Shown here: in pieces, positions 26,396 through 36,300 of the stretch
Numbering within the stretch: position 1 is the first letter of the stretch
Layout of the letters: every line of letters starts with the position of its first letter
Origin: a virus
Taxonomy: Duplodnaviria; Caudoviricetes
Length of the DNA: 61,275 nucleotides
IMG/VR virus record: IMGVR_UViG_3300027769_000034
Coordinates: 1-61,275 of that record
Reading direction: 5' to 3' (one strand)
Notes under the pieces: generated by a model
Database searches by the model: none
The model's input: only the letters and a program-made list of their open reading frames with translations
Told to the model about the DNA's origin: nothing
Position numbers and translations under genes: made by a program

Positions 26396-26839
26396 ATGTA
26401 TAAACGCAATAAAAATGCAAAAGGTAAATCAAAAGCAAAGCCGAAAGGCCAATACAAGTCCAGCCTCGAAGCGTACTGCGCCGCAGCGCTCCAAGAAGCA
26501 GGAATCAGTTTTGAATACGAAAAACATAAGTATGTATTACAAGATTCTTTCAAAGGCCCAGGCTGTTATTACAAGTCTGTTCCAAAAAAAGGAGAACTTG
26601 TGGACGGTTCTAACAAAACAGTCCTCCAAATAATATACACACCTGACTTTGTTAGCTACGAGAAGAAGTTTGTAATAGAAACCAAAGGTTATGTTATGTC
26701 TGACGACTTCCCGTTGCGATGGAAAATGTTCCTTCGTCACTGCCGTGAAAACGATATGTACGACTGGAAGTTCTTCATCCCGAAGAACAAAGCACAAGTA
26801 GACGAGGCTATTAAATTGATATCAGATGAAAATAGATGA
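26396..26839 (+). CDS. Endonuclease I-like nuclease / Holliday junction resolvase
   Basis: YKSSLE...FEYE...YTPDF...IETKG. Confidence 0.8.
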   Translation: MYKRNKNAKGKSKAKPKGQYKSSLEAYCAAALQEAGISFEYEKHKYVLQDSFKGPGCYYKSVPKKGELVDGSNKTVLQIIYTPDFVSYEKKFVIETKGYVMSDDFPLRWKMFLRHCRENDMYDWKFFIPKNKAQVDEAIKLISDENR

Positions 26840-27041
26840 ACTTTCAAGAATGTACTTCATTGCTTGCGACTTTATTAGCGACGCGACAATAGAGTTATAC
26901 GAATCCTTGCACGAAAGCGATGGGACCCCTAAGCAGGACCACGATGAAGTAAAGGTTTTGGTAGACAACTATTCTAAGCAAGTTAAGATTGAGCTCGAGT
27001 TAATTCGTGCCGCAATCAAACAGCATAGCGAAGGACACTAA
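26826..27041 (+). CDS. Hypothetical protein
   Basis: Coupled ORF. Confidence 0.65.
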   Translation: MKIDELSRMYFIACDFISDATIELYESLHESDGTPKQDHDEVKVLVDNYSKQVKIELELIRAAIKQHSEGH

Positions 27042-28030
27042 TGTTCACTATAATACTTCTTGATGACCTGAATGGTGTAAATTATCATCGGGTTATGGTC
27101 CCTGTTGAAAATCTTATGAGACAGGGATTTGATAATGTTCATCTTGTATCTGACGCCACCGAGATGTCTCAGATGGATTTGACGCTAGTTGACAACGTGG
27201 TAATACCAAGATGTCTACCTGCAAAAAACCATCATATGTTCCGTAAGATTATGAAGTCATACGGGATAAAGATTATTGTAGACATAGATGACTATTGGAT
27301 TCTGAATAAAGACAACTTCAACTACAACATATGGAAAAATCATATGTCGTCGATGATTCAGAAGACAATAAAGATTGCAGACGTCATATGGACTCCATCT
27401 GAAGTCTTGGCAAAACATATCAGCAGACTCAATACAAAAGCGGAAATAGTAATAGTTCCGAATGCTATTGACCCGGCTGCTGAACAATGGGCGCTACCTA
27501 AAACAGAATCTGAATCTTTGAGATTTGGATATACTGGTGCTGGGGCCCACAATAACGATGTAGATGAGATAGGATACACTTTTGAAGATAAGATTCTCTA
27601 CTGCACCAACGTAGAAAGATACGTGTCTAAGCTTAAGGCTAGCCATCCAGTAGACTGGACTGATATGTTCCACTACGGAAGCGTTTACCAAGACATAGAC
27701 GTTGCGTTGGTTCCATTAAAGAAGAACACTTTCAATGAGTGTAAATCGGACCTGAAGCTTGTAGAGGCAGCATTTACAGGTACTGCAGTTATTGCGTCAA
27801 ATGTTTCTCCTTACAAAGAGAAAATCATTCACGGTTACAATGGTTTGTTATGCTCCACTCAGGCTGAATGGAAAGAAGCTATCGAATCTATGACCAAGGA
27901 GAAAGCTAGAGAACTAGCTGCCAACTTGGCAAAAGATTACTTAGTTCAACGAAACATAAAAACCGTAAATGAAATCAGAATTAACAGCCTCACAGGAATC
28001 AAAGCACCTATCGTTCACAAAGGAAAGTAA
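27041..28030 (+). CDS. Glycosyltransferase (GT-B fold)
   Basis: GVNYHR, DIDDYW, VPNAID, DVALVPL..N.FN.CKS.LK..EA, IASNV.PY. Confidence 0.85.
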   Translation: MFTIILLDDLNGVNYHRVMVPVENLMRQGFDNVHLVSDATEMSQMDLTLVDNVVIPRCLPAKNHHMFRKIMKSYGIKIIVDIDDYWILNKDNFNYNIWKNHMSSMIQKTIKIADVIWTPSEVLAKHISRLNTKAEIVIVPNAIDPAAEQWALPKTESESLRFGYTGAGAHNNDVDEIGYTFEDKILYCTNVERYVSKLKASHPVDWTDMFHYGSVYQDIDVALVPLKKNTFNECKSDLKLVEAAFTGTAVIASNVSPYKEKIIHGYNGLLCSTQAEWKEAIESMTKEKARELAANLAKDYLVQRNIKTVNEIRINSLTGIKAPIVHKGK

Positions 28031-28361
28031 CGGGAACTGGTATATCGATTTACCAGATTGGGAAGGTGGCCACGAAGAACTTCAAATGGTTTCCGGAGCA
28101 GACGACTTTCTTGACTTCCTTAGTAACAATGGAAAGAAGTGTCATCTCCTGGTATGCGCTAATGGATGCGACCATAAACACGACGGCAAACTTGTAAAGG
28201 TAGAAGATACGTCAGATGGTGGAGCTTGGTACGAGCTATGGAATTATGACGGAGTATTCTACGAAAACACCAAATCACGGATGTGGTTATGCTCGGTAAC
28301 GCAGTATGTATTTGGGGAACTGCCTGATACTATTGCGTTTAACTTAGTGGGATATAATTAG
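27969..28361 (+). CDS. Hypothetical protein (DUF6717-like)
   Basis: WYIDLP...MVSGAD..LD...WLC.VT.YVFG..P. Confidence 0.65.
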   Translation: MKSELTASQESKHLSFTKESNGNWYIDLPDWEGGHEELQMVSGADDFLDFLSNNGKKCHLLVCANGCDHKHDGKLVKVEDTSDGGAWYELWNYDGVFYENTKSRMWLCSVTQYVFGELPDTIAFNLVGYN

Positions 28362-28449
28362 CTGATAAGACGTCTAAAGCGTACATTCGCAATCCTAATT
28401 CGGCGGTCACCTCGGTGGCCGCTTTTCGTCTAACATAAACTCAAAAACA

Positions 28450-29445
28450 ATGGGACTCTTTGATGAGAGAATCGAATATAAGCCATTTGAATACCCGGCT
28501 TATTACAACGATGGATGGCTTAAGCAGATGCAAGCCTTCTGGCTGCACACTGAAATACCGATGCAGAATGATGTAAAAGACTTCAGAGAGAATCTAACTC
28601 CGGCCGAGAAGAACCTTGTTGGCAATATCTTGCTTGGCTTCGCTCAGACAGAGACAGCTGTTGGCGACTACTGGACCACAATGGTAACTAAATGGTTTCC
28701 AAAGCACGAGATTAAGCAGATGGCAATGGCTTTTGGTTCGCAAGAAACAATCCACGCTGCAGCATATAGTTACTTAAACGAGACGCTAGGGCTTGACGAC
28801 TTTGCTGCATTTTTGCACGAACCTGCAACAGCTGAACGATTTGAGAACCTCGTGAACACTAAGGCTGGATACGACCATAACATTTTGAAGATTAGCCCTA
28901 AGGCTAGGCAGGATGTTGCTCGTTCTATCGCTGTCTTCTCTGCCTTTGCTGAAGGTGTGGCCTTGTATTCGTCTTTTGCTGTTCTCTATTCCTTTCAGAT
29001 GAGAAATCTGTTGAAGGGCATTGGCCAACAGATGAAGTGGAGCGTACGTGACGAGAGCCTGCACAGCACGATGGGTTGCGTATTGTTCAATCATCTATGT
29101 GAAGAGCACCCTGAGATTCGATTAGCCGTAAGGCCGAAGATTGAAGAGGCTGCTCGTATGGCAGTACAGATGGAGATGAACTACATCGACAAGATGTTTG
29201 AAATGGGAGACCTCGAAAATCTAAAGGCTTCAGACCTAAAAGAGTTTATCAAAAAAAGAGCTAATGAAAAGTTGCAAGAGTTAGGTTATGATGCTATCTT
29301 TGAATATGATACCGTCGCAGCCTCAGAACTTGATTGGTTTTATCATCTCGTTGGTGGCGTTACTCATACCGATTTCTTTGCTCTTCGCCCCACGGATTAT
29401 TCGAAAGCAAACGAAGGAGAAGACTTTGAAGCAATATGGGACTAA
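28450..29445 (+). CDS. nrdB: Ribonucleotide reductase class I beta subunit
   Basis: ETIH..AY, EGVALYSSF, RDESLH di-metal motifs. Confidence 0.95.
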   Translation: MGLFDERIEYKPFEYPAYYNDGWLKQMQAFWLHTEIPMQNDVKDFRENLTPAEKNLVGNILLGFAQTETAVGDYWTTMVTKWFPKHEIKQMAMAFGSQETIHAAAYSYLNETLGLDDFAAFLHEPATAERFENLVNTKAGYDHNILKISPKARQDVARSIAVFSAFAEGVALYSSFAVLYSFQMRNLLKGIGQQMKWSVRDESLHSTMGCVLFNHLCEEHPEIRLAVRPKIEEAARMAVQMEMNYIDKMFEMGDLENLKASDLKEFIKKRANEKLQELGYDAIFEYDTVAASELDWFYHLVGGVTHTDFFALRPTDYSKANEGEDFEAIWD

Positions 29446-29771
29446 CTCCGATACAAGTAAAGATTCTTAGAGTCGTATCAAGGGAAACCGGTGTTCCCAT
29501 TAAGGATATGATGTCAAGCAGTCGAAAAGCGAATATTGTGTTCGCAAGGAACATTGCTTACAAAGAGTTCTATAATAGAACTTACATCTCACTTAGTCAG
29601 ATTGCCGACATCTTCAACAAAGGGAATCACTCAACGGTGGTCCTTGCGTTGACGTCGCTAAGCAATCTACTCAGCACGAGCAAGAAGCATCTGCTTATCT
29701 ACGAGGACATTGTTGCTAAAATTGAAAAAGAAGAAAAAGTATATGAAGAGAGAGTGGCAAGCTGGAGTTGA
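29436..29771 (+). CDS. DnaA C-terminal-like HTH protein
   Basis: SSSRKANIVFARNIA...SLSQIADIFNKGNHSTVV. Confidence 0.7.
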   Translation: MGLTPIQVKILRVVSRETGVPIKDMMSSSRKANIVFARNIAYKEFYNRTYISLSQIADIFNKGNHSTVVLALTSLSNLLSTSKKHLLIYEDIVAKIEKEEKVYEERVASWS

Positions 29772-31503
29772 TTACCCAGAGTGGGGCGATACGGAAGTAT
29801 ACCTCAAGACAATCAGCAAAGGATACCTAATTGGTGATGAGACGCCTAGAGAGGCATATCTACGTGTGGCTAACACTGTTGCGGCAAGGCTAAAAAAACC
29901 TGAGCTCGCGCCTAAGTTCTTTGAGTATATCTGGAACAACTGGCTATGTCTTGCTACGCCCGTGCTTGCTAACACGGGAACAGACCGGGGCTTACCGATT
30001 AGCTGCTTCGGTATCGACGTAGCGGACAGCGTATACGATATCGGCTCAAAGAACCTTGAGCTTATGCTGTTGGCTAAGCACGGTGGAGGCGTTGGAATTG
30101 GAATCAATATGATTCGTCCTTCTGGCTCTCCTATTGGAAACGGTGAAGGGACTACTGACGGCGTCGTTCCATTCTGTAAGATTTACGACTCTACTATCCT
30201 AGCTACTTCGCAGGGGAATGTGCGCCGAGGTGCAGCCTCAGTTAACCTAAACATTGAGCACCCAGACTTTGACGACTGGTTGGAAATCAGGGAGCCAAAG
30301 GGAGATGTGAATCGCCAAAGCCTTAACCTCCACCAGTGTGCAGTTATCGGAGATAAGTTTATGCGGAAACTAGAGGAAGGTGATGCAGATGCTAGAAGAA
30401 AGTGGAGCAAGCTTTTACAGAAGCGCAAGGCTACTGGTGAGCCGTACATTATGTACCGCGGCAATGTAAACAAACAAAATCCAGACGCATATAAGGTCAA
30501 TGGACTCAAAGTCTATATGACAAATATCTGTTCTGAGATTGTACTTCATACTGACGAAGCGCACAGCTTTGTGTGTTGTTTATCTTCTTTGAATCTTGCT
30601 AAGTATGACGATTGGTGTAACACCGACCTCGTCTACCATAGCACTATGTTCTTGGATGGTGTGCTTGAGGAGTTTATCCAAAAGGCTAAAAATCTTAAGG
30701 GCTTCGAAAATTCCGTGCGTTCTGCCGAAAAGGGTAGAGCGTTAGGCCTTGGGGTACTTGGATGGCACACCTACCTCCAACAAAAGGGAATTCCGTTTGA
30801 GGGGTTGCCTGCTCAGTTCCATACTCGTAGAATCTTCTCTCATATGAAAGACGAATCAGAGAGAGCAAGTAGAGATATGGCACGTATCTACGGAGAACCA
30901 CTATGGTGCCGTGGAACCGGTATGCGTAATACTCACCTTAGAGCAATTGCGCCAACGGTATCCAACAGCAAGCTTAGCGGAAACGTAAGTGCAGGAGTTG
31001 AACCTTGGGCTGCTAACGTATTCACCGAGCAGTCTGCTAAGGGCACGTTTATCAGAAAGAATCCTACGTTGGAGAAGGTCTTCAAGAAGATTGGAATCAA
31101 TAACAAGGACACCTGGGACCAAATCCTAATCGATGGAGGAAGTGTACAGGGCATTGAAAAACTAAATGCCTGGGGATACGTAAACGGGAAGCTTACAAAG
31201 ATTGATGATTGTGAAAGCATCGATGACTTTGTGCCTGTTAAAGACGTTTTCAAGACGTTCAAGGAGATTAATCAGCTTGAGTTGATTAAACAGGGTGGAG
31301 TTCGCCAGAGATACGTTGACCAATCGGTTAGCTTAAACCTAGCGTTCCCATCAGAGGCCACGCCTAAATGGATTAATATGGTCCATATGGAAGCCTGGAA
31401 GCAAGGAATCAAGACACTGTACTATATGCGTACGGAGTCTGTCCTTAGAGGGGACATCGCCACAAAAGCAATGGACCCTGATTGTGTGAGCTGCGACGGC
31501 TAG
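29743..31503 (+). CDS. nrdA: Ribonucleotide reductase class I alpha subunit (no ATP cone)
   Basis: PISC, RRGA, TNICSEI, AIAPT, KTLYY, C-terminal CVSCDG. Confidence 0.95.
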   Translation: MKREWQAGVDYPEWGDTEVYLKTISKGYLIGDETPREAYLRVANTVAARLKKPELAPKFFEYIWNNWLCLATPVLANTGTDRGLPISCFGIDVADSVYDIGSKNLELMLLAKHGGGVGIGINMIRPSGSPIGNGEGTTDGVVPFCKIYDSTILATSQGNVRRGAASVNLNIEHPDFDDWLEIREPKGDVNRQSLNLHQCAVIGDKFMRKLEEGDADARRKWSKLLQKRKATGEPYIMYRGNVNKQNPDAYKVNGLKVYMTNICSEIVLHTDEAHSFVCCLSSLNLAKYDDWCNTDLVYHSTMFLDGVLEEFIQKAKNLKGFENSVRSAEKGRALGLGVLGWHTYLQQKGIPFEGLPAQFHTRRIFSHMKDESERASRDMARIYGEPLWCRGTGMRNTHLRAIAPTVSNSKLSGNVSAGVEPWAANVFTEQSAKGTFIRKNPTLEKVFKKIGINNKDTWDQILIDGGSVQGIEKLNAWGYVNGKLTKIDDCESIDDFVPVKDVFKTFKEINQLELIKQGGVRQRYVDQSVSLNLAFPSEATPKWINMVHMEAWKQGIKTLYYMRTESVLRGDIATKAMDPDCVSCDG

Positions 31504-31548
31504 CACAATCGAAAAGCACGCAATTAAATAAAACCCCCAATCGAACCA

Positions 31549-32337
31549 ATGGACGAGCTTATAACCCTGCTCAACGGCGAAGAACGCCTTGCTGCAGATT
31601 TAATGGAACTGATGATGGATGACAGTTTCTATTATGGATATCTCGGCAAGCACGCGCTCTCATCTTCTGCGTGCAAGATGTTGCTGGAATCTCCGAAGAC
31701 ATACTACTATGTAACGAAGTATGGCCAGAAAGAGGACACGGCAGCGCTGTTGACAGGGAAGCTCATTCATACTATGATTCTAGAGCCTCAAGAGTTTGAA
31801 AAAAGGTTTGATGTTTCGTCTACTAAGGGAAAGACGACAAAGGCATTCAAAGAGCTTAAGGGTGCTTCAGACAAGGCGGTAATCACGTCTGCCGAATATG
31901 ATGCTGCGATGAGGATAGTAGACGCATTCAACCGAAACGAGATTATGAAAGAGTACTTGAAGGGCTCTACATTTGAGACTCCTGGAATCTCTATGCTGTT
32001 CGGGCTTCCGTTCAGGGCTAAGGCTGACATCATAAACTTTGAGCAAGGTTTTATCGCAGACATCAAGACTACGACAGACGTTCAAAGTGGCTTTAGATTC
32101 TCAGCTAGGAAGTACGGATATGATATGCAGGCCTACATCTACACTCAGATTTTTGGTATCAGAGACTTCTACTTTTTGGCAATAGATAAAAAAAGTTTAG
32201 ACCTTGGTGTGTTTACTGTGTCAGACCAGTTTATCTTTGACGGAGAACAAAAGGTCGAGCTAGCCGTAAACAGATTCAAAAAGTTCTTCATCGACGGGCA
32301 AGACCTTGACACCTATACAATCGTAGACGAGTTATAA
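31549..32337 (+). CDS. RecE/exonuclease VIII-like PD-(D/E)XK nuclease
   Basis: LSSS..K, G.LIH..ILEP, RAKAD, DIKTT, YDMQAYIY. Confidence 0.8.
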   Translation: MDELITLLNGEERLAADLMELMMDDSFYYGYLGKHALSSSACKMLLESPKTYYYVTKYGQKEDTAALLTGKLIHTMILEPQEFEKRFDVSSTKGKTTKAFKELKGASDKAVITSAEYDAAMRIVDAFNRNEIMKEYLKGSTFETPGISMLFGLPFRAKADIINFEQGFIADIKTTTDVQSGFRFSARKYGYDMQAYIYTQIFGIRDFYFLAIDKKSLDLGVFTVSDQFIFDGEQKVELAVNRFKKFFIDGQDLDTYTIVDEL

Positions 32338-32747
32338 TGGATTACAATAGTGACTTCAGGTATGACCTTAAGCTTGGTCAAGTAGGGGAGAATGCTTTAG
32401 GAAAGATGCTTTCAGACCACACAATTGAAGTTAAGTTTGACTTTGGAACTCACTGGTCTGGAAACTTCTACATAGAGTACGAATCAAGAGGAAAAGCTTC
32501 CGGACTAGCTACTACCGAAGCAAAGTTCTGGTGTTTGATTGCCGCTACAAAGACCGCAGATAAGCAAAGAATAGCTGAGGGTAATTATACGTCTGAAGAT
32601 GTAATGTATAGCATCATCATTGCTACAGCACGATTAAAAGTAATCTGCGAAAAGCACTTCTACAGAACCGGAGTTAGAGGTGGTGACAATAACACATCAT
32701 TAGGCTATCTGGTTAAGGCCTTTGACTTGCTGCACCCCCTTCCGTAG
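32337..32747 (+). CDS. PD-(D/E)XK-like protein
   Basis: IEVKFD...GNFYIEY..RGK.SG...T.A. Confidence 0.6.
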   Translation: MDYNSDFRYDLKLGQVGENALGKMLSDHTIEVKFDFGTHWSGNFYIEYESRGKASGLATTEAKFWCLIAATKTADKQRIAEGNYTSEDVMYSIIIATARLKVICEKHFYRTGVRGGDNNTSLGYLVKAFDLLHPLP

Positions 32748-32787
32748 CAATCGCATTCTACTGGTTTAGTCTCGCAATATCTGATTG

Positions 32788-32815
32788 GCTCAGTCTTCGG
32801 CTGAGCTTTTTCTTT
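32788..32815 (+). terminator. Intrinsic terminator at the convergence point
   Basis: GCTCAG..TTC..CTGAGC plus T-tract. Confidence 0.7.
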
Positions 32816-32954
32816 AGCCCTGACCAACGGAGAGCTTGCGATACAGCTTAGACGACTTTGACTTACTTGTCTTTGTCTTAGCGTGTACGCCTGGCCGGCT
32901 CACCTTAGGTTTCTTCTTAAATGTGGTAGCTGTTTGTGTTTTTAGTTTCGCCAT
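32814..32954 (-). CDS. Small very basic protein (46 aa)
   Basis: Manual translation MAKLKTQTATTFKKKPKVSRPGVHAKTKTSKSKSSKLYRKLSVGQG; TAATG coupling. Confidence 0.65.
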   Translation of the reverse strand: MAKLKTQTATTFKKKPKVSRPGVHAKTKTSKSKSSKLYRKLSVGQG

Positions 32955-33376
32955 TACTTAAATCGATATAAGAACATCATTATAACTAGAGCCGAGGCTA
33001 AAAACAAAAGTAAGTAATTCTTGACCTTACCAGTTTTGCTCTCCGGCTGAACGAGCTGCGGGGGGCATTCAACAGATACCTGCTTAGCAACCGGTCTTTC
33101 CTTCACCTCTGTCTTTACGATAAGGCGGTCCTGGAATTTAGTAATAACAATTCTTACGGTGTCATTGTCAATAACCGAGGAGTCCTCAGCAGATGGGATA
33201 GATACCGTATCAATCAGCGTTATTGGCGGAATCACTATCGTGTCCCATTTCGTAACAACCGTGGGCCTCAGGATAGATGGGTCTTTCTTGACTGCCTGAT
33301 TCAAGTGCCAGCTCGCGCTGCAGCTTGCTAAGAACCCAATTAGTGATAGGGTTGAGATGGATTTCCATATGTTCAT
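32954..33376 (-). CDS. Lipoprotein with C-terminal TM helix (spanin candidate)
   Basis: Lipobox FLASC; C-terminal YLLLFLASALVIMMFLY. Confidence 0.65.
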   Translation of the reverse strand: MNIWKSISTLSLIGFLASCSASWHLNQAVKKDPSILRPTVVTKWDTIVIPPITLIDTVSIPSAEDSSVIDNDTVRIVITKFQDRLIVKTEVKERPVAKQVSVECPPQLVQPESKTGKVKNYLLLFLASALVIMMFLYRFK

Positions 33377-36300
33377 TCTTTGATTCTGTTTTGTTGTTTT
33401 GCTACTTCTTTGTAGTTGTAAAGGAGTTGTTTCCATTCTCCGTTCTTAGAGATATCCTTGTAGAGATATTCTAACTCGTATGCCTTGTCCTCATCCGGAT
33501 AAGACTGGTACCAATCCTGAGCAATAAGCTCTTTCATACGTTTAGTGCGCTCTTCTGCCAGGGCTCTAATCATATCATTAACCTCTTCATTAGTAAATGT
33601 GTATTCGATACCAGTCTCCTCGTCTTTGAACTTGCGAGAGTCTAGCTCACGAGGGTATCCTGGAATGACTCTAGTGTCCTGTCCAAGAGTTTCGTAGAGT
33701 CTGAATACCTCTTGCTTGTGCGGTTCGTAGATTCTCTTCTGGTATTTGACCGGGTCAAACAGGTGGAACAGAACAGGGTTGGCGCCTTGCGGAGTCTGCT
33801 CGATTCCTTCACCCCAGATGTTGTAGCGGACTGGTACGTCGTCGGTAGAGAACGTACGGTCCTTGATTACGTTAGTCAAGCTATTGTACAGGCTGTTCTT
33901 GTCGTATAGGTCCGGAAGCTTAGTTCTAGTAGTTCTGTTCAGGGCGCTGAGTGAGTTAGGCAACACAGCAGCACTAGTGGTTCTGAACAAGCTAGTCAGA
34001 ATGTAGTCTGGGTTGATTTCACCTTGCGTGGTGAGCAACTCAAGAATCTGGTTCGTGTTGGCAAGGAACGACTGCTGAGCCATAAACTGGAATGAAGACA
34101 TCGTAGTTCCAAGCATCTCGCTCAGGTATAGAGTAGCCATCTCGCTGTACGCCTCGGCCTCCTCGGCTACTGATGTAGGCTTGACTTCTTTGTTTGCCCA
34201 GTAAGAAGCTCTAGCTCCGATGATTGCTCCGATAGGTCCTGCCTTAGAGTAATCAATGAATACATCTTCTTCTACGTTCAGGGTAGCGTCCTCACCTTTT
34301 AGCTTACGCATAAGGGCTGACACGTTGATGCTATTGTATGGGAACTGAGCGTAGAACAGCTCACGCTCTTTCTTCTCGTCGTCTCCAATACCGGCAGTAG
34401 CAAGTCCATTCTTAATCAAGAAGTCCGCTACAGCGTAGATAGAGAATCCTACAGCACTCTTTGCGAGAAGCGTAGAGAAGTCGTCGTATCTGCGATTTTT
34501 AGCTGCGATTACAGCTCTACCGATAGCAACAGGAGGGGCTACGTAGTTAAGCGTATCGTAGATAATGTTAGACGGAGTCTTAGAGAACGGAACGATAATG
34601 GTAGTCAAGAACGAACCTAAGCGAGTCTTCGACAGCTGAGACAGGATAGTCTGAACAGCAATTGAGAATGAAGTATCTGCCTGGTAGGTAATCTCACGAC
34701 CCGCCTCACGACCAGCCTTGATTGTAACAGGGTCCGGATGCTTTACGAAGTTGTCAAGAGCCTCACCCTTAAGACCAAGCTTCTTACCTCTTCTGTAAAT
34801 CTCAACGCCTTCTGCGAATCTAGCAAACGGTCGGTCACCAAGAGTAAGCAGTCTGAACATAACCTCGGGAGCGATTCCAAAAGTGCCCTCAGTTATCTTC
34901 TTGAGTCTGTCTGAAATAGCGATGCTTCCGTCTTGAAGTCTAGCTAGCTGGTCTCCTTTGATTACTTCTTTGCCGGCAGCCTTATTGATTGCTGCTGCAA
35001 TTTTAGTATCGCTGAATGCTGCAACAATAGCCTGAAGCGGAATGAAGCCTTGACGAGACTCGTATTGGAATGTCTCTTCGGTTGGTCTCGTACCCTTGAA
35101 GATGTACTCAACAGCCTCGGGAACGCCCATAAATGCAGCCCTCTTGACGCCGAAAATGAATGCTCCGACGCTAGGTGTAATCTCTCTGTTTTTTCCTGAC
35201 GTGAAAGCTCTCACGAAGTCGATAACAGATGCTACTGGAGCCACGAGGAATTGTCTCGTTGCTACGTTCGCAAGGTTGGCGAATACGTTTACAGATTGAG
35301 AAATTGGAGTAAGAAGGTTACCCTTTACTAGAGCTCCGAAGATATCCATCGTAGCCTTAGGGATGGCCGTCATAATAAAGTCATCAAGATTCTTTGTAGC
35401 AGCCTTGAGTTCTTTCTCTTTGTTCTTAATCTGTTGGTCAAGCTCTTTGCTCGGACTATGCATTGCCGTGTACATAAGAGTATTGGCCTCCGTCTGAAGA
35501 TTGAACAGCTTAACAGCAAGGTCATTAAGTTTAACCATCTGAGATTCCGTCAGTCTTCTTCCGGCACGCTGAGCCATAACGACTACAGTCTGAACAATTC
35601 CAAGGTGGGTCGAGTTCTTAATCTCACCGAAGTGGCGTAGCATACGGCCCACTGTCGTTCCCATCTTAGACATACGCTCAATCATATCAAGAAGCTTAGC
35701 CTCATCTCCTTCGGCTGAGTACCTCTTGATAAGTTCTGCCCCCAATAGAACAGTCACGTTATCTTCGTCGTACAAGTCTACTTTGATGCTTGCGCTGAGC
35801 TCGTTTACCTTGTCGGTAGTCATCTCGTTGAGAAGCTCAGGAACAGTCATAAGAGCTAGGCGTCCTTGAATATCCTCAAGCTTCTGTGGCGTGTAGTAGT
35901 TGTTCGGGTTCTCAATGATGTCAGCGTAAAGCTTGATGTTTGAATCAGCCATACGCTCAGCAAACTGACGAATCTTATTCTTTGGAGCTTCAAATTCTGG
36001 AGCTTCAACAGAAATTGAGAAATCTACACGCTGTTCCTCACCAGCTTTTACGCTTAGGATTCTGCGGCGGATTTCTTCTGCGCTAGCTTTTGTATTGTCT
36101 CGGCCAATGAGGCTAGCTCGCTGTCCGACAGATACTGCAATACGTTCTCCACGTTCGGTTGCTCTTCTTGCATTTTCGATTTGTTCATTATTTATTCCTC
36201 GTTTTAAAGCGAGTCCGATAGCAGCGTTCTCGTAGTCAGGCTGTTCGTTGTCGCTAGTTTCTGTTGCTCCGAAGTCCTCATCGCGTCCCTCTTGGAAGGT

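Noticed and set aside
28450-31503. Introns or inteins in nrdA/nrdB
   Set aside because: Both ORFs are continuous, compact and contain the expected motifs.
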